64,000 bases of DNA from an uncultured bacterium (lineage in GTDB: Bacteria > Actinomycetota > Acidimicrobiia > Spongiisociales > UBA5794), in NCBI GenBank assembly GCA_963801165.1, contig CAWDDT010000011.1, positions 352,001 through 416,000 of the forward strand, read 5' to 3'. Every line of letters begins with the position of its first letter. Position 1 is the stretch's first letter. The notes under the pieces were generated by a model. It made no database searches. It was not told the DNA's origin and was given only the letters and a program-made list of their open reading frames with translations. This document shows positions 19,055 through 27,897 of the stretch, piece after piece. A program made the translations under genes and the position numbers.

Positions 19055-20022
19055 AAGCAGCAGTGCTCATCGAACCGGGAAAAATAGTGACCGACGAGGT
19101 CCCCGATCCGGAGCCGGGGCGCGGCGAGGTGAGGATCTCGGTGGGAGGAGTCGGCCTGTGCGGCTCCGATGCGAGCGTCTTCAGCGGCAAATGGAAGGCT
19201 CCGACCTATCCCTGGATCATGGGACACGAAGCGTTCGGCGTCATCGAAGCACTGGGGGCTGACGTACCGCCGGAGCGCATCGGTCAGACCGTCGTGGTCG
19301 AACCAAACGCAACTTGCTTCGACTGCGAACAGTGCCGACGGGGCTGGACTTCGGCGTGTCCCGTGCGCCAGTCGATAGGCATGAACCGCCCCGGGGCCCT
19401 CGCCGAGCGACTGGTCGTACCGAGCCGGTACGCGTGGACGATTCCGGACCTGCCCGCTCGCGACCTGGTGTGCGTCGAACCGACAACCGTGGCACAGGCG
19501 GCGCTTCGCCGCCTCGGCCCACCATCCGACCCGGCTCTCGTGGTTGGTGTTGGGGCTCAGGGTCTGATGATGACCCTTGCGCTCCTCGACCGTGGCATAA
19601 GGGTCTTTGCCCATGACGTCAACCCGGATCGGGTCACATTCGCCACCGAGCTGGGCGCACATCGAATCGAAGACAACGACACGCGGCATTTCGACCTCGT
19701 GGTCGACACGGTGGGGTCGCCACCCTCGATGGCAGTAGCACTGGATCGCGCGGAGGTGGGCGGCACAGTCCTCTGCCTGGGGCTCGACAGCCGTCAGCTG
19801 GATCTCAACGCGCAGACCCTGGTGCGACGCCAACTGATCCTGCGTGGCACGCTCACCTACGACCACCCGACGGACTTCGAGGCGTCCGTCAATCTCGTCG
19901 GCTCCGGCCGTTTTGCGCCGGGCAGGATCATCACCGATGAATTCCCATTGGAGGAGGCACAGCAGGCATTCGAACGGAGCGGATCGGCGCGTGGCAAAAC
20001 GTGGATCAGGGTTGGTAGCTGA
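19051..20022 (+). CDS. Zn-dependent medium-chain alcohol dehydrogenase
   Basis: GLCGSD, GHE, CFDCEQC...C, GVGAQG. Confidence 0.9.
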   Translation: MKAAVLIEPGKIVTDEVPDPEPGRGEVRISVGGVGLCGSDASVFSGKWKAPTYPWIMGHEAFGVIEALGADVPPERIGQTVVVEPNATCFDCEQCRRGWTSACPVRQSIGMNRPGALAERLVVPSRYAWTIPDLPARDLVCVEPTTVAQAALRRLGPPSDPALVVGVGAQGLMMTLALLDRGIRVFAHDVNPDRVTFATELGAHRIEDNDTRHFDLVVDTVGSPPSMAVALDRAEVGGTVLCLGLDSRQLDLNAQTLVRRQLILRGTLTYDHPTDFEASVNLVGSGRFAPGRIITDEFPLEEAQQAFERSGSARGKTWIRVGS

Positions 20023-20145
20023 TGTCGCTACCGCCTGCACCTCCGGAGCCCGTTTCGTGCCATAGACCGCATTCAAATCTTCGGAACCAGAGACTGGCAC
20101 ATAATGTCAGATCTCGTTAAGCAACGACAATCGGGAGGAGAGACA

Positions 20146-21258
20146 ATGAGCAGAGTACCTCGAATCCTCACCCTCGCGTTGGCACTCATTTTGGTGCTGG
20201 CTGCGTGCGGTGGCGATAGCGGGAGCGAGACCACGACCACGTCGGGGAGTGGCGGTGCGACGACCACCACAGCGGCTAGTGGCGGCGAGACGACAACAAC
20301 GGCGGCCGGTGGCGGTGAAACAACCACCACAGCGGCAATGCAAGAAAATGTCGAGCTCGTCCTTGCCCACAGCTATCAGGAAGGGCAGCCGCAGGTCGAG
20401 TGCGGAGCGAACGTGATCAAAGAGGTAGCCGAGTCGGCCGGTGTCGGTCTCACCATTACCATCTTCGGCGCCAGCTCCCTCGGCGGTGATGCTGACCGCA
20501 TCGAGTCGGTGATCGCGGGCGATATCGACCTCGACATCCAGGGAGCGTCGGCGCTGGCCAGCGTCTATGAGCCGATGAGCGTGGTTGACGGAGCCTTTGT
20601 GTTCGACGACAGCGACCACCTGTATCGCTACTTCACAAGCGATGCTTCCACCGCGTTGAAGGACGGGTTCCACGAGGCGACCGGCGTCCGAATCCTGGGT
20701 GCCTGGAACACGGGAGCCCGACAGTTCACCGCAAATGTGCCAATTCGTACGCCGGACGACCTCAAAGGCCTTCTCATGAGGTTCCCGCCGTCGCCCTCGT
20801 TCCTGTTGAACGCGGCTGCAATGGGCGCCGACGCGGTCGAGGTGGCGTATGAGGAGCTATACCTGGCACTTCAGCAGGGCACGGTTGACGGTCAGGAGAA
20901 CCCGATCGTCAACATCGACGCCATCAACCTCGACGAGGTTCAGGACTACATCAGCCTGTCGAGTCACCAGCTCAGCTCCAATCTTGTGATTGTCGGCCCG
21001 GTCTGGGACGAGCTAAGCCCCGAGCAGCAGCAGGCGCTCGCGGACGGTGTCGAGCAGGCGATGGTCAAAGAGCCGCAATGCTCTGCGGACGCTGAGCAGC
21101 AGATCCTCGCCGGCTGGCGCGACAGCGGCGCACTCGAGATCGTCGACGACGTCGACCGTGCGGCGTTCCGCGACAAGGTCGAGCCCTATCTACGGGACCA
21201 CTACAACGCAGACCAGATCGCAGTCCTGGAGGCGATCCGTTCCACGGCCAACGGATAA
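20146..21258 (+). CDS. dctP: TRAP transporter substrate-binding lipoprotein
   Basis: LAAC lipobox, Thr-rich repeated linker, DLKGLLMR, ELYLALQQGTVDGQENP. Confidence 0.92.
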   Translation: MSRVPRILTLALALILVLAACGGDSGSETTTTSGSGGATTTTAASGGETTTTAAGGGETTTTAAMQENVELVLAHSYQEGQPQVECGANVIKEVAESAGVGLTITIFGASSLGGDADRIESVIAGDIDLDIQGASALASVYEPMSVVDGAFVFDDSDHLYRYFTSDASTALKDGFHEATGVRILGAWNTGARQFTANVPIRTPDDLKGLLMRFPPSPSFLLNAAAMGADAVEVAYEELYLALQQGTVDGQENPIVNIDAINLDEVQDYISLSSHQLSSNLVIVGPVWDELSPEQQQALADGVEQAMVKEPQCSADAEQQILAGWRDSGALEIVDDVDRAAFRDKVEPYLRDHYNADQIAVLEAIRSTANG

Positions 21259-21267
21259 ACAACGGCA

Positions 21268-21295
21268 GCCGGTGCCCGGGTACCCGGGCACCGGC
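21268..21295. terminator. Perfect 28-bp palindrome after dctP (mRNA-stabilising or partial terminator hairpin)
   Basis: GCCGGTGCCCGGGT ACCCGGGCACCGGC. Confidence 0.65.
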
Positions 21296-21372
21296 CTCGC
21301 CATCCGCCCGGCCTGTGCCCGACACGGCAGCGTTGACTACTGTCGCCACACTCGTAGGAGGATGAGATTCTG

Positions 21373-21969
21373 ATGTCCCCGCCCAACGGCCTCGAACCCG
21401 ACCACGAAAACCCGGCAGACGAGTACCAGTCTCTCGCAAACATGGAGCACCCGGAGCTACTGCCGGCGCGCGAACCGATGCGCAGAATCTTCCATGGAAT
21501 TGGAGTGATCGAGCAGGCGCTCGGCTCGCTGCTCCTGTTGGTGATCCTCTTTCTAGTTTTGACGCAAGTCGCCCAGCGCTACATCCCCGGAAGATGGCTG
21601 TGGAGCGGCGAGGTCGCTCGCTATGCCCTTGTGTGGGGCACATTTCTCATGGCCGGCTACCTAATGGCTAATCACCCGTATCACATCGCAATTCACGTCG
21701 TGGACAACGTGGTGGGCGAGCGAACGCTGGCCGTGATCAAGTTTCTGGTCAATATGGTGATCCTGCTGACCACCGTCGCCCTGTTGTACGGCAACATCGA
21801 CCTGGTAGTGAACGACATCGGGCAGGTGACGCCCGCAGCACAGATGCCGCTACGGATCGTCAACATGGTACCGCTGACCGGCCTCGTCTTGATCGTGCTG
21901 CGTGTCGTTCTCGGAATCGTGGTTGAAGACGTGCCAGCCCTCGTCAGGCGCAAGGAGAAAACAACATGA
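21373..21969 (+). CDS. dctQ: TRAP transporter small permease
   Basis: QVAQRY, WSGEVARYALVW, HIAI; four TM helices. Confidence 0.88.
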   Translation: MSPPNGLEPDHENPADEYQSLANMEHPELLPAREPMRRIFHGIGVIEQALGSLLLLVILFLVLTQVAQRYIPGRWLWSGEVARYALVWGTFLMAGYLMANHPYHIAIHVVDNVVGERTLAVIKFLVNMVILLTTVALLYGNIDLVVNDIGQVTPAAQMPLRIVNMVPLTGLVLIVLRVVLGIVVEDVPALVRRKEKTT

Positions 21970-23240
21970 GCCTGGCACTATTACTCATCGCCATATTCGC
22001 GCTGTTCCTCCTGCGCGTCCCGATGGCGTTTGCAATCCTCGGCCCGTCCGTCATCTACTTGCTGGTCAAGGGCTACTCGACGCATCTAGCCATTCGACTC
22101 GTCATGCAGGGAATCAACAGCTGGCCGCTGCTGGCGGTTCCGCTCTTCATCCTGGTAGGGATGATCGCAACCCGGACGGAAATCGCCGACAGGTTGTTCG
22201 ACGCCGCATTGCTGCTACTTGGACCGCTGCGTGCCGGGCTGGCTTACGTCAACGTCGGCGTCAGCTTCGGCTTTTCCTGGATGAGCGGGGCCTCGCTGGC
22301 AGATGTCGCGGGCATCGGAGCTATCGAGGTCGACCAGATGCGCAAGAAGGGCTACCCGGAGTATTTCTCGGTCGGCTTGACTGCCAGTTCTGCGCTGATC
22401 AGCCCCATCATGCCTCCGAGCATCCCGGCGATCATCTTCGCATCGATTGGTGCTGTGTCCACAGGGGCTCTTTTCGCCGCCGCAGTCCTTCCGGCCATCC
22501 TCATGACCATCGCCCTGTCGATAACGATCTACTTCTGGGCAAGAAACAAACCGGAGTTCGTCGGAGAGCCGTACAACTTCACCGAACTGCGGCGCGCAGT
22601 GAGGCGTGCGCTCCCCGCATTGGGTGCGCCGGTCATCATCCTCGGCGGGATTCTCGGTGGCTACTTCACCCCCACCGAAGCGGCTGGGGTGGGTGCGCTC
22701 TACATGCTGATACTGGCAGCGTCCTATGGGTCCTTGCGCCTTCAGCAGCTGGCGGCCATCTTCCGCGACGCGGCGGTGATCAGCGCTCAGATCATGCTCA
22801 TCATCGGAGCATCTGCGCTGCTCAGCTGGGTTCTCGCTCGCGAGCAGGGGCCCCAGAAGATCGCCGAGGCCTTGCTCGGGCTGACCGACAACCCCTATGT
22901 GTTCCTGTTCATCGTGAACATCCTGCTGCTCCTCCTCGGTATGGTGCTCGAGCCAAGCTCGGCACTGGTCATCATCACACCTATCCTGTTGCCGGTGGCG
23001 ATCCAATTCGGCATCGACCCGCTGCAATTCGGGGTGATCGTCATCCTCAACCTGATGGTCGGGCTCATGACGCCACCGATGGGCGGTGTGATCTTCGTGC
23101 TCAGCTCGGTCACCGGGATTCCCATCGAGCGATGTTTCCGCGGGGCGGCGTTCTTCCTGCCGGTCATGATCGTGGTCCTGTTGCTCGTAACGTACATATC
23201 GCCGCTCACGACGTGGCTCCCGACGGCGGTCGGGCTGTGA
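21966..23240 (+). CDS. dctM: TRAP transporter large permease
   Basis: LLAVPLFIL, IMPPSI, FTPTEAA, GLMTPPMG. Confidence 0.95.
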   Translation: MSLALLLIAIFALFLLRVPMAFAILGPSVIYLLVKGYSTHLAIRLVMQGINSWPLLAVPLFILVGMIATRTEIADRLFDAALLLLGPLRAGLAYVNVGVSFGFSWMSGASLADVAGIGAIEVDQMRKKGYPEYFSVGLTASSALISPIMPPSIPAIIFASIGAVSTGALFAAAVLPAILMTIALSITIYFWARNKPEFVGEPYNFTELRRAVRRALPALGAPVIILGGILGGYFTPTEAAGVGALYMLILAASYGSLRLQQLAAIFRDAAVISAQIMLIIGASALLSWVLAREQGPQKIAEALLGLTDNPYVFLFIVNILLLLLGMVLEPSSALVIITPILLPVAIQFGIDPLQFGVIVILNLMVGLMTPPMGGVIFVLSSVTGIPIERCFRGAAFFLPVMIVVLLLVTYISPLTTWLPTAVGL

Positions 23241-23259
23241 GAAGGGTGGTTGTCAACCT

Positions 23260-24126
23260 ATGACGAATCGATCGGACGCAAGCTCCGCCCACCAGGGGAC
23301 GCCGACCGGGCAGGCCCACAAAGCGACATCCTGGTCAACAGCCATCACCGCGACCACCGATGATCGCGTCTTCGTACGCGGTGTGGCGCTTGATGAAGCG
23401 ATCGGCCACGAGCACTTCCCCGCAATGCTCCTCCGGCTGTGGCGTGGCGACTCGGCAACGCGGCAAGAGGCAGACCTGTTGGACGCCTGCCTGGTCGCGG
23501 CAATCGACCACGGCCCGCTGTCGCCCTCAGCGCTCGTGACTCGCACGATCGCCTCGACCCGGGCGGCCCCCATGAGTGGGCTGGCAGGCGGCATCCTCAC
23601 GTTCACAGAATTCCACGGCGCCGCAGTCACGATGGCAATGCGGATACTCGCCACCGCCCCGACAGAGGAGGAATTGACAGAGGGCGCATTGACAGAGGGG
23701 AAATTGGATGACTGGGCGAACGAGGTGTTCAACGCCGAGCGTGCAGCCGGTCGGCGCCTCCCCGGCATCGGACACCGCTGGCACCACCACGACCTACGAT
23801 CAGAACGGCTATTGGAGATTGCGGCACAGATGTCCGACGGCACGTGTGAAGCTGCGGAGCGGGCATTGGCCGCCAGAGTCAGCCACCACACTGGGAAACC
23901 GACACCGATCAACATCGACGGAGCCCTGGCGGTTGCGCTCACCGCGCTTCGTCTCGATCCGGACTACGGCGACTTTCTCTTTGCCATCGCCAGGGCGTTC
24001 GGGCTGGCGGCTCATTACGTCGAGGAGCGGACGCGGCAACGACCGATGCGCACGATCGATCCAACGATCGCCGAGTACGACGGGATCGCGATACCCCGGC
24101 ATCAATCTGAAGACACAGAGCAGTGA
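23260..24126 (+). CDS. Citryl-CoA lyase / citrate synthase-like protein
   Basis: WSTAIT, IDHGPLSPS, FHGAA, PGIGHRWH, INIDG. Confidence 0.85.
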   Translation: MTNRSDASSAHQGTPTGQAHKATSWSTAITATTDDRVFVRGVALDEAIGHEHFPAMLLRLWRGDSATRQEADLLDACLVAAIDHGPLSPSALVTRTIASTRAAPMSGLAGGILTFTEFHGAAVTMAMRILATAPTEEELTEGALTEGKLDDWANEVFNAERAAGRRLPGIGHRWHHHDLRSERLLEIAAQMSDGTCEAAERALAARVSHHTGKPTPINIDGALAVALTALRLDPDYGDFLFAIARAFGLAAHYVEERTRQRPMRTIDPTIAEYDGIAIPRHQSEDTEQ

Positions 24127-24220
24127 TCGCCCCGGTGTGCGCGTGGGGTGTGCTGTTCGCGTCCTCGTAGCGAGCCACTGCTGCGGCTGCCCCGCTATCC
24201 AGACCCGGTACGCTGGTGCC

Positions 24221-25828
24221 ATGACGCCCGACCACAACCTGATTCTCACCGGATTCATGGGTACCGGCAAGACCACCGTCGGCCAGGAGTTGGCCCCGCG
24301 ACTCGGTATGGAGTTCGTGGACACAGACGAGATGATCGAGTCGCGCTACGGGCCTATCGCAACGATCTTCGCCGAGCACGGGGAGGCCCGATTCCGCGAA
24401 TTGGAGGCGCAGCTGGCGAGGGAGCTCGGACAGCGACGAGGGCTGGTGATCGCGACGGGCGGGCGGATGATTCTGGATCCGGCGAATTTCAAGGAATTGA
24501 GCCGCAACGGGCGAATCTTCTGTCTTGTGGCGACACCGGATGAGATCCACAACAGGATCATCACGGACCAGGATCGACCGGATAGACCGCTGCTCCAGGT
24601 CGACGACCCTCGCCAACGGATCATCGAGCTGATGACCGAACGACATCACGAGTACCAGCGATTCCCCCAGCTGATCACCGACCATGGAGGACCGGACGCA
24701 ATCGCCCAGGAGGTTGCCGAGCTATGGCATGGCCACAGCAGCTATACCGTCTCCAGCCCGGGGGGTGGCTACGCATACACGGTCGGTGCCGGCATCCTGC
24801 CGTTCGTTCGCCAGCTGGCGTCTATTGGCGGGCCGATGGTCGTGATCACCGATGAACGGGTTGCAGAGCTCTATCAGGCGAGCCTCGGAGAGATCGACGT
24901 CGCGGTCGTCCTTCCTGCGGGACGCGCCAGCAAAACCATCACATCGGTCCAAGCGGTTTACCGAAAGCTCCTCGCGGCGGGTGTAGACAAGTCGGCGACA
25001 GTCGTGTCGCTGGGCACGAGCATTATCGGTGACGTGGCCGGATTTGCTGCGGCTACCTATCTACGGGGCCTGGATCTTGTCCACTGCCCTACGAATCTGA
25101 TCGCGATGGTCGACACAAGCGTCGGCGGCAAGGTGGGGCTCGACGTTCCGCAAGGAAGGAACCTGATCGGGCTGTACAAACAACCTAAGGCAGTACTAGC
25201 GGATGTCGGCACTCTGCAGACTCTGCCGAGACGAGACTTTGCGTCTGGACTCGCAGAGGTGATCAAGCATGGCCTGGTCGCAAGCAGCTCGCTGCTCGAC
25301 CGTATCGAAGAGGCATCATGGGCCGATACCCCACAGCTGCTACCCGGGATGCTCACCGATATGCAGTCGCTGGTAGCCCAGGCCATCCAGATCAAGATTG
25401 CGATAGTGCAGGAAGACCCCTTCGAAGAGCGCGAACGAAGGACGGTGTTGAATCTGGGGCACACATTCGCCTACGGGATCGAACACGCCTCGAAAGGCGA
25501 GATCAACCACGGCGAAGCGGTGGCCATGGGACTCGTCGCCGCATCACGGCTGTCAGCCATGCTGGGTTACGCTCCGGCAGAGCTTGCCGACCGGGTCGAG
25601 ACGATCGTGGGACACGTGGGACTCGAGCCCCTGATGCCACCCTCTCTGGAAGTGGAAGCCGTGATCAGGGGAATGCACCACGACAAAAAGAAACGTGGCT
25701 CTCAACCACGCTTCGTTCTGCTGCGTGGCATCGGTGAGCCGTTCGTTACCGATGAGGTCAAACCCGACGACGTCTCCGTCGTGTTGAACGGGCTGAGGAG
25801 GAGACCTTCCGCCTTACGCCTGGACTAG
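24221..25828 (+). CDS. aroKB: Bifunctional shikimate kinase / 3-dehydroquinate synthase-like fusion
   Basis: N-terminal GFMGTGKTT, GEARFRELE, RPLL; C-terminal AATYLRG, DTSVGGK, AEVIKHG, LNLGHT, HGEAVA. Confidence 0.88.
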   Translation: MTPDHNLILTGFMGTGKTTVGQELAPRLGMEFVDTDEMIESRYGPIATIFAEHGEARFRELEAQLARELGQRRGLVIATGGRMILDPANFKELSRNGRIFCLVATPDEIHNRIITDQDRPDRPLLQVDDPRQRIIELMTERHHEYQRFPQLITDHGGPDAIAQEVAELWHGHSSYTVSSPGGGYAYTVGAGILPFVRQLASIGGPMVVITDERVAELYQASLGEIDVAVVLPAGRASKTITSVQAVYRKLLAAGVDKSATVVSLGTSIIGDVAGFAAATYLRGLDLVHCPTNLIAMVDTSVGGKVGLDVPQGRNLIGLYKQPKAVLADVGTLQTLPRRDFASGLAEVIKHGLVASSSLLDRIEEASWADTPQLLPGMLTDMQSLVAQAIQIKIAIVQEDPFEERERRTVLNLGHTFAYGIEHASKGEINHGEAVAMGLVAASRLSAMLGYAPAELADRVETIVGHVGLEPLMPPSLEVEAVIRGMHHDKKKRGSQPRFVLLRGIGEPFVTDEVKPDDVSVVLNGLRRRPSALRLD

Positions 25829-25860
25829 CCCCTCGGGATCCGTCGGGCTTCCCCGACTTT

Positions 25861-25872
25861 TGAATATACTCA
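25861..25872. promoter_or_regulatory. Imperfect palindrome TGAATATACTCA, candidate GntR operator
   Basis: Upstream of the regulator; its reverse complement shares TATATTCA with the 13479-13495 repeats. Confidence 0.5.
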
Positions 25873-25893
25873 ATTGTGATTGGCAGGTGTCAA

Positions 25894-26763
25894 GTGAGTG
25901 TCCCGGAGCCAGGAGCACCAAGAGCGCAACCCACGACCGAGTCGGCGGTCGACCCAACGGAGAGGTTTGACTCTGCCCCGGAGTGGATCCGACGCGTTCT
26001 CGAGGAACGCATCATGGCCGGTGGCCTGGAACCGGGGGATCACATCGGGCTGAAGGCCGACCTCCAAAAGGAGTTCGGCGTCGCCGGCCCCACATTGGAC
26101 ATGGCGCTGAAACTGCTTGCGAATGACGGTCTCGTAGCGCTGCGGCGCGGGCCGAAGGGCGGTGTCTTCGTCGCACGCTCACAGCCAGTTCTCCGCATGG
26201 GCACAAAGCAGCTGTGGGCGAGGGATGCCCGCACGTTGGGTGAGAACATCGAACTGCGAGAGGCTTTGACATCACTGGTAGGTGTGTCTGCTGCGAGGGC
26301 CGATGATCGGGACCCGACTCTGATTGACGAACTCGTTCGCCTGGCCGACCAGCTGCGCGCTTCCGACATATCGTTCGACACTCAACGGCTCATCTGGCGC
26401 GGGCATCGCATCCTGGTCGAACTCGCCGACAGCGCGACTCTCCGCTTGATATACCTGAATCTGCTGGATGCCGCCGAGTCGTTGATCCTCAAGGTCGAGT
26501 TCCCGCAAACCGGCATCGAGGCGAAGCGGGAGAGGAACCGGATCGACGCTCACGCAAACTTATTCGCCGCAGTTGCTGACGCCGACTTGGAACTGGCCAG
26601 AGAATACGGCGACATAGTGAGGATCGTGTCTCCACTGGGGAGAGATGGCCACCTTGTCACCGTTAGCGAGTCCACACCGTCTCGAATCCGGCCGAACGAG
26701 ACCGCATCTAGTGCAACCGAACCCGGCACGATGCACCGGCGAGATAACGTCAGCCGTCGGTGA
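25894..26763 (+). CDS. GntR/FadR family transcriptional regulator
   Basis: LEPGDHIG...LQKEFGVAGPTLDMALKLL...RRGPKGGVFV wHTH plus FCD-like C-terminus. Confidence 0.82.
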   Translation: MSVPEPGAPRAQPTTESAVDPTERFDSAPEWIRRVLEERIMAGGLEPGDHIGLKADLQKEFGVAGPTLDMALKLLANDGLVALRRGPKGGVFVARSQPVLRMGTKQLWARDARTLGENIELREALTSLVGVSAARADDRDPTLIDELVRLADQLRASDISFDTQRLIWRGHRILVELADSATLRLIYLNLLDAAESLILKVEFPQTGIEAKRERNRIDAHANLFAAVADADLELAREYGDIVRIVSPLGRDGHLVTVSESTPSRIRPNETASSATEPGTMHRRDNVSRR

Positions 26764-26789
26764 CTACCAGCATCTGGTGCATCTGACGA

Positions 26790-27887
26790 TCACTCGCAGT
26801 CGAAGCCGACGCCCTGCTGGACACCGTCTATCACCAGGTTCGGATCGGCGGTGAGACCGGTTGCTTCAACGGTGAAATCGTCGAAGTCGACGGCAACGTA
26901 GAACCCTGTCACCCTGATGCTCCCGCCACCCGCGGCCATTGCATCGCCGAGCGTGTCTCCGAGCTCCAGCCCCAAAGGTAGCTCGACGTGCTCGGGGAGC
27001 GGCCCGCCCGCTTCGGGCTGACCGGTGCCGTCGAGCTTGTAGCGCCAGCCCGCCAGACCAAGTTCCCCGTTGCCGGTATCGACCGTCCTGATGGCGGTGA
27101 GCAACGACCCCCAGCGCACCAATCGCATGTTGGGGTCGGGCAGGAAGTAGGGGCAACTCCAGGGCGTGTCCTCGGTTGGAGGTCCCAGCAGATCGGTCAA
27201 TTGGGCGACGGTGTCCTTCTCGCTCGTCCCCAGCGGGACGTCGATCAGGTCGCCGGCCGGGGTCACGACCAGGCGCGGGGAAACGTCGAGGTGGAGGGCT
27301 CGGGCGAGGAAAGTGGCCATCTGCTCCCTGGTCACCGGATCCCGAGGACAAAACAACGTGTTATCAGGCGGATTACAACCCTTAGTGATCCCCGCAGCCG
27401 CCAACGCCCCGATACTCGCCACATGCACCGAACCCGCAATATCAGAAAACGACGCCGACCCGGCAGGCAAACCCAACGCCCGCACCAAAAACGTCGCCAT
27501 CTGCTCCCTGGTCACCGGATCCCGAGGACAAAACAACGTGTTATCAGGCGGATTACAACCCTTAGTAATCCCCGCAGCCGCCAACGCCCCAATACTCGCC
27601 ACATGCACCGAACCCGCAACATCAGAAAACGACGCCGACCCGGCAGGCAAACCCAACGCCCTCACCAAAAACGTCGCCATCTGCTCCCTGGTCACCACAT
27701 CCTGCGGACAAAACAAATCATTCACAGGCGGATTACAACCCTTAGTAATCCCCGCATCCGCAATCGCCTCGATCGACCGGATATGAACCGAGTTGTCGTC
27801 GTCGGTGAAAAACCCGGAGGCGTTCGCCGGCCCGACCATGACTCCGACAATCAGAAAGACAACTAGAGCGACGAGTCGGCTACGCAT
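26790..27887 (-). CDS. Secreted SLH-repeat surface protein with an unknown C-terminal domain
   Basis: Signal peptide, three GITKGCNPP..FCP..VTREQMATFL repeats. Confidence 0.85.
   Translation of the reverse strand: MRSRLVALVVFLIVGVMVGPANASGFFTDDDNSVHIRSIEAIADAGITKGCNPPVNDLFCPQDVVTREQMATFLVRALGLPAGSASFSDVAGSVHVASIGALAAAGITKGCNPPDNTLFCPRDPVTREQMATFLVRALGLPAGSASFSDIAGSVHVASIGALAAAGITKGCNPPDNTLFCPRDPVTREQMATFLARALHLDVSPRLVVTPAGDLIDVPLGTSEKDTVAQLTDLLGPPTEDTPWSCPYFLPDPNMRLVRWGSLLTAIRTVDTGNGELGLAGWRYKLDGTGQPEAGGPLPEHVELPLGLELGDTLGDAMAAGGGSIRVTGFYVAVDFDDFTVEATGLTADPNLVIDGVQQGVGFDCE
27286..27776. repeat. 491-bp block (internal 180-bp period), copy 1
   Basis: Matches 29099-29589 at offset 1813 with one mismatch seen (27586 vs 29399). 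Confidence 0.92.
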
Positions 27888-27897
27888 GCGGGTCTCC

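Noticed and set aside
21268-21295. Palindrome as another copy of the DUF559-flanking repeat
   Set aside because: Shares only a GTGCC..GGCAC core and lacks the GCGTAG/CTACGC arms; its position after dctP fits an ordinary operon hairpin.
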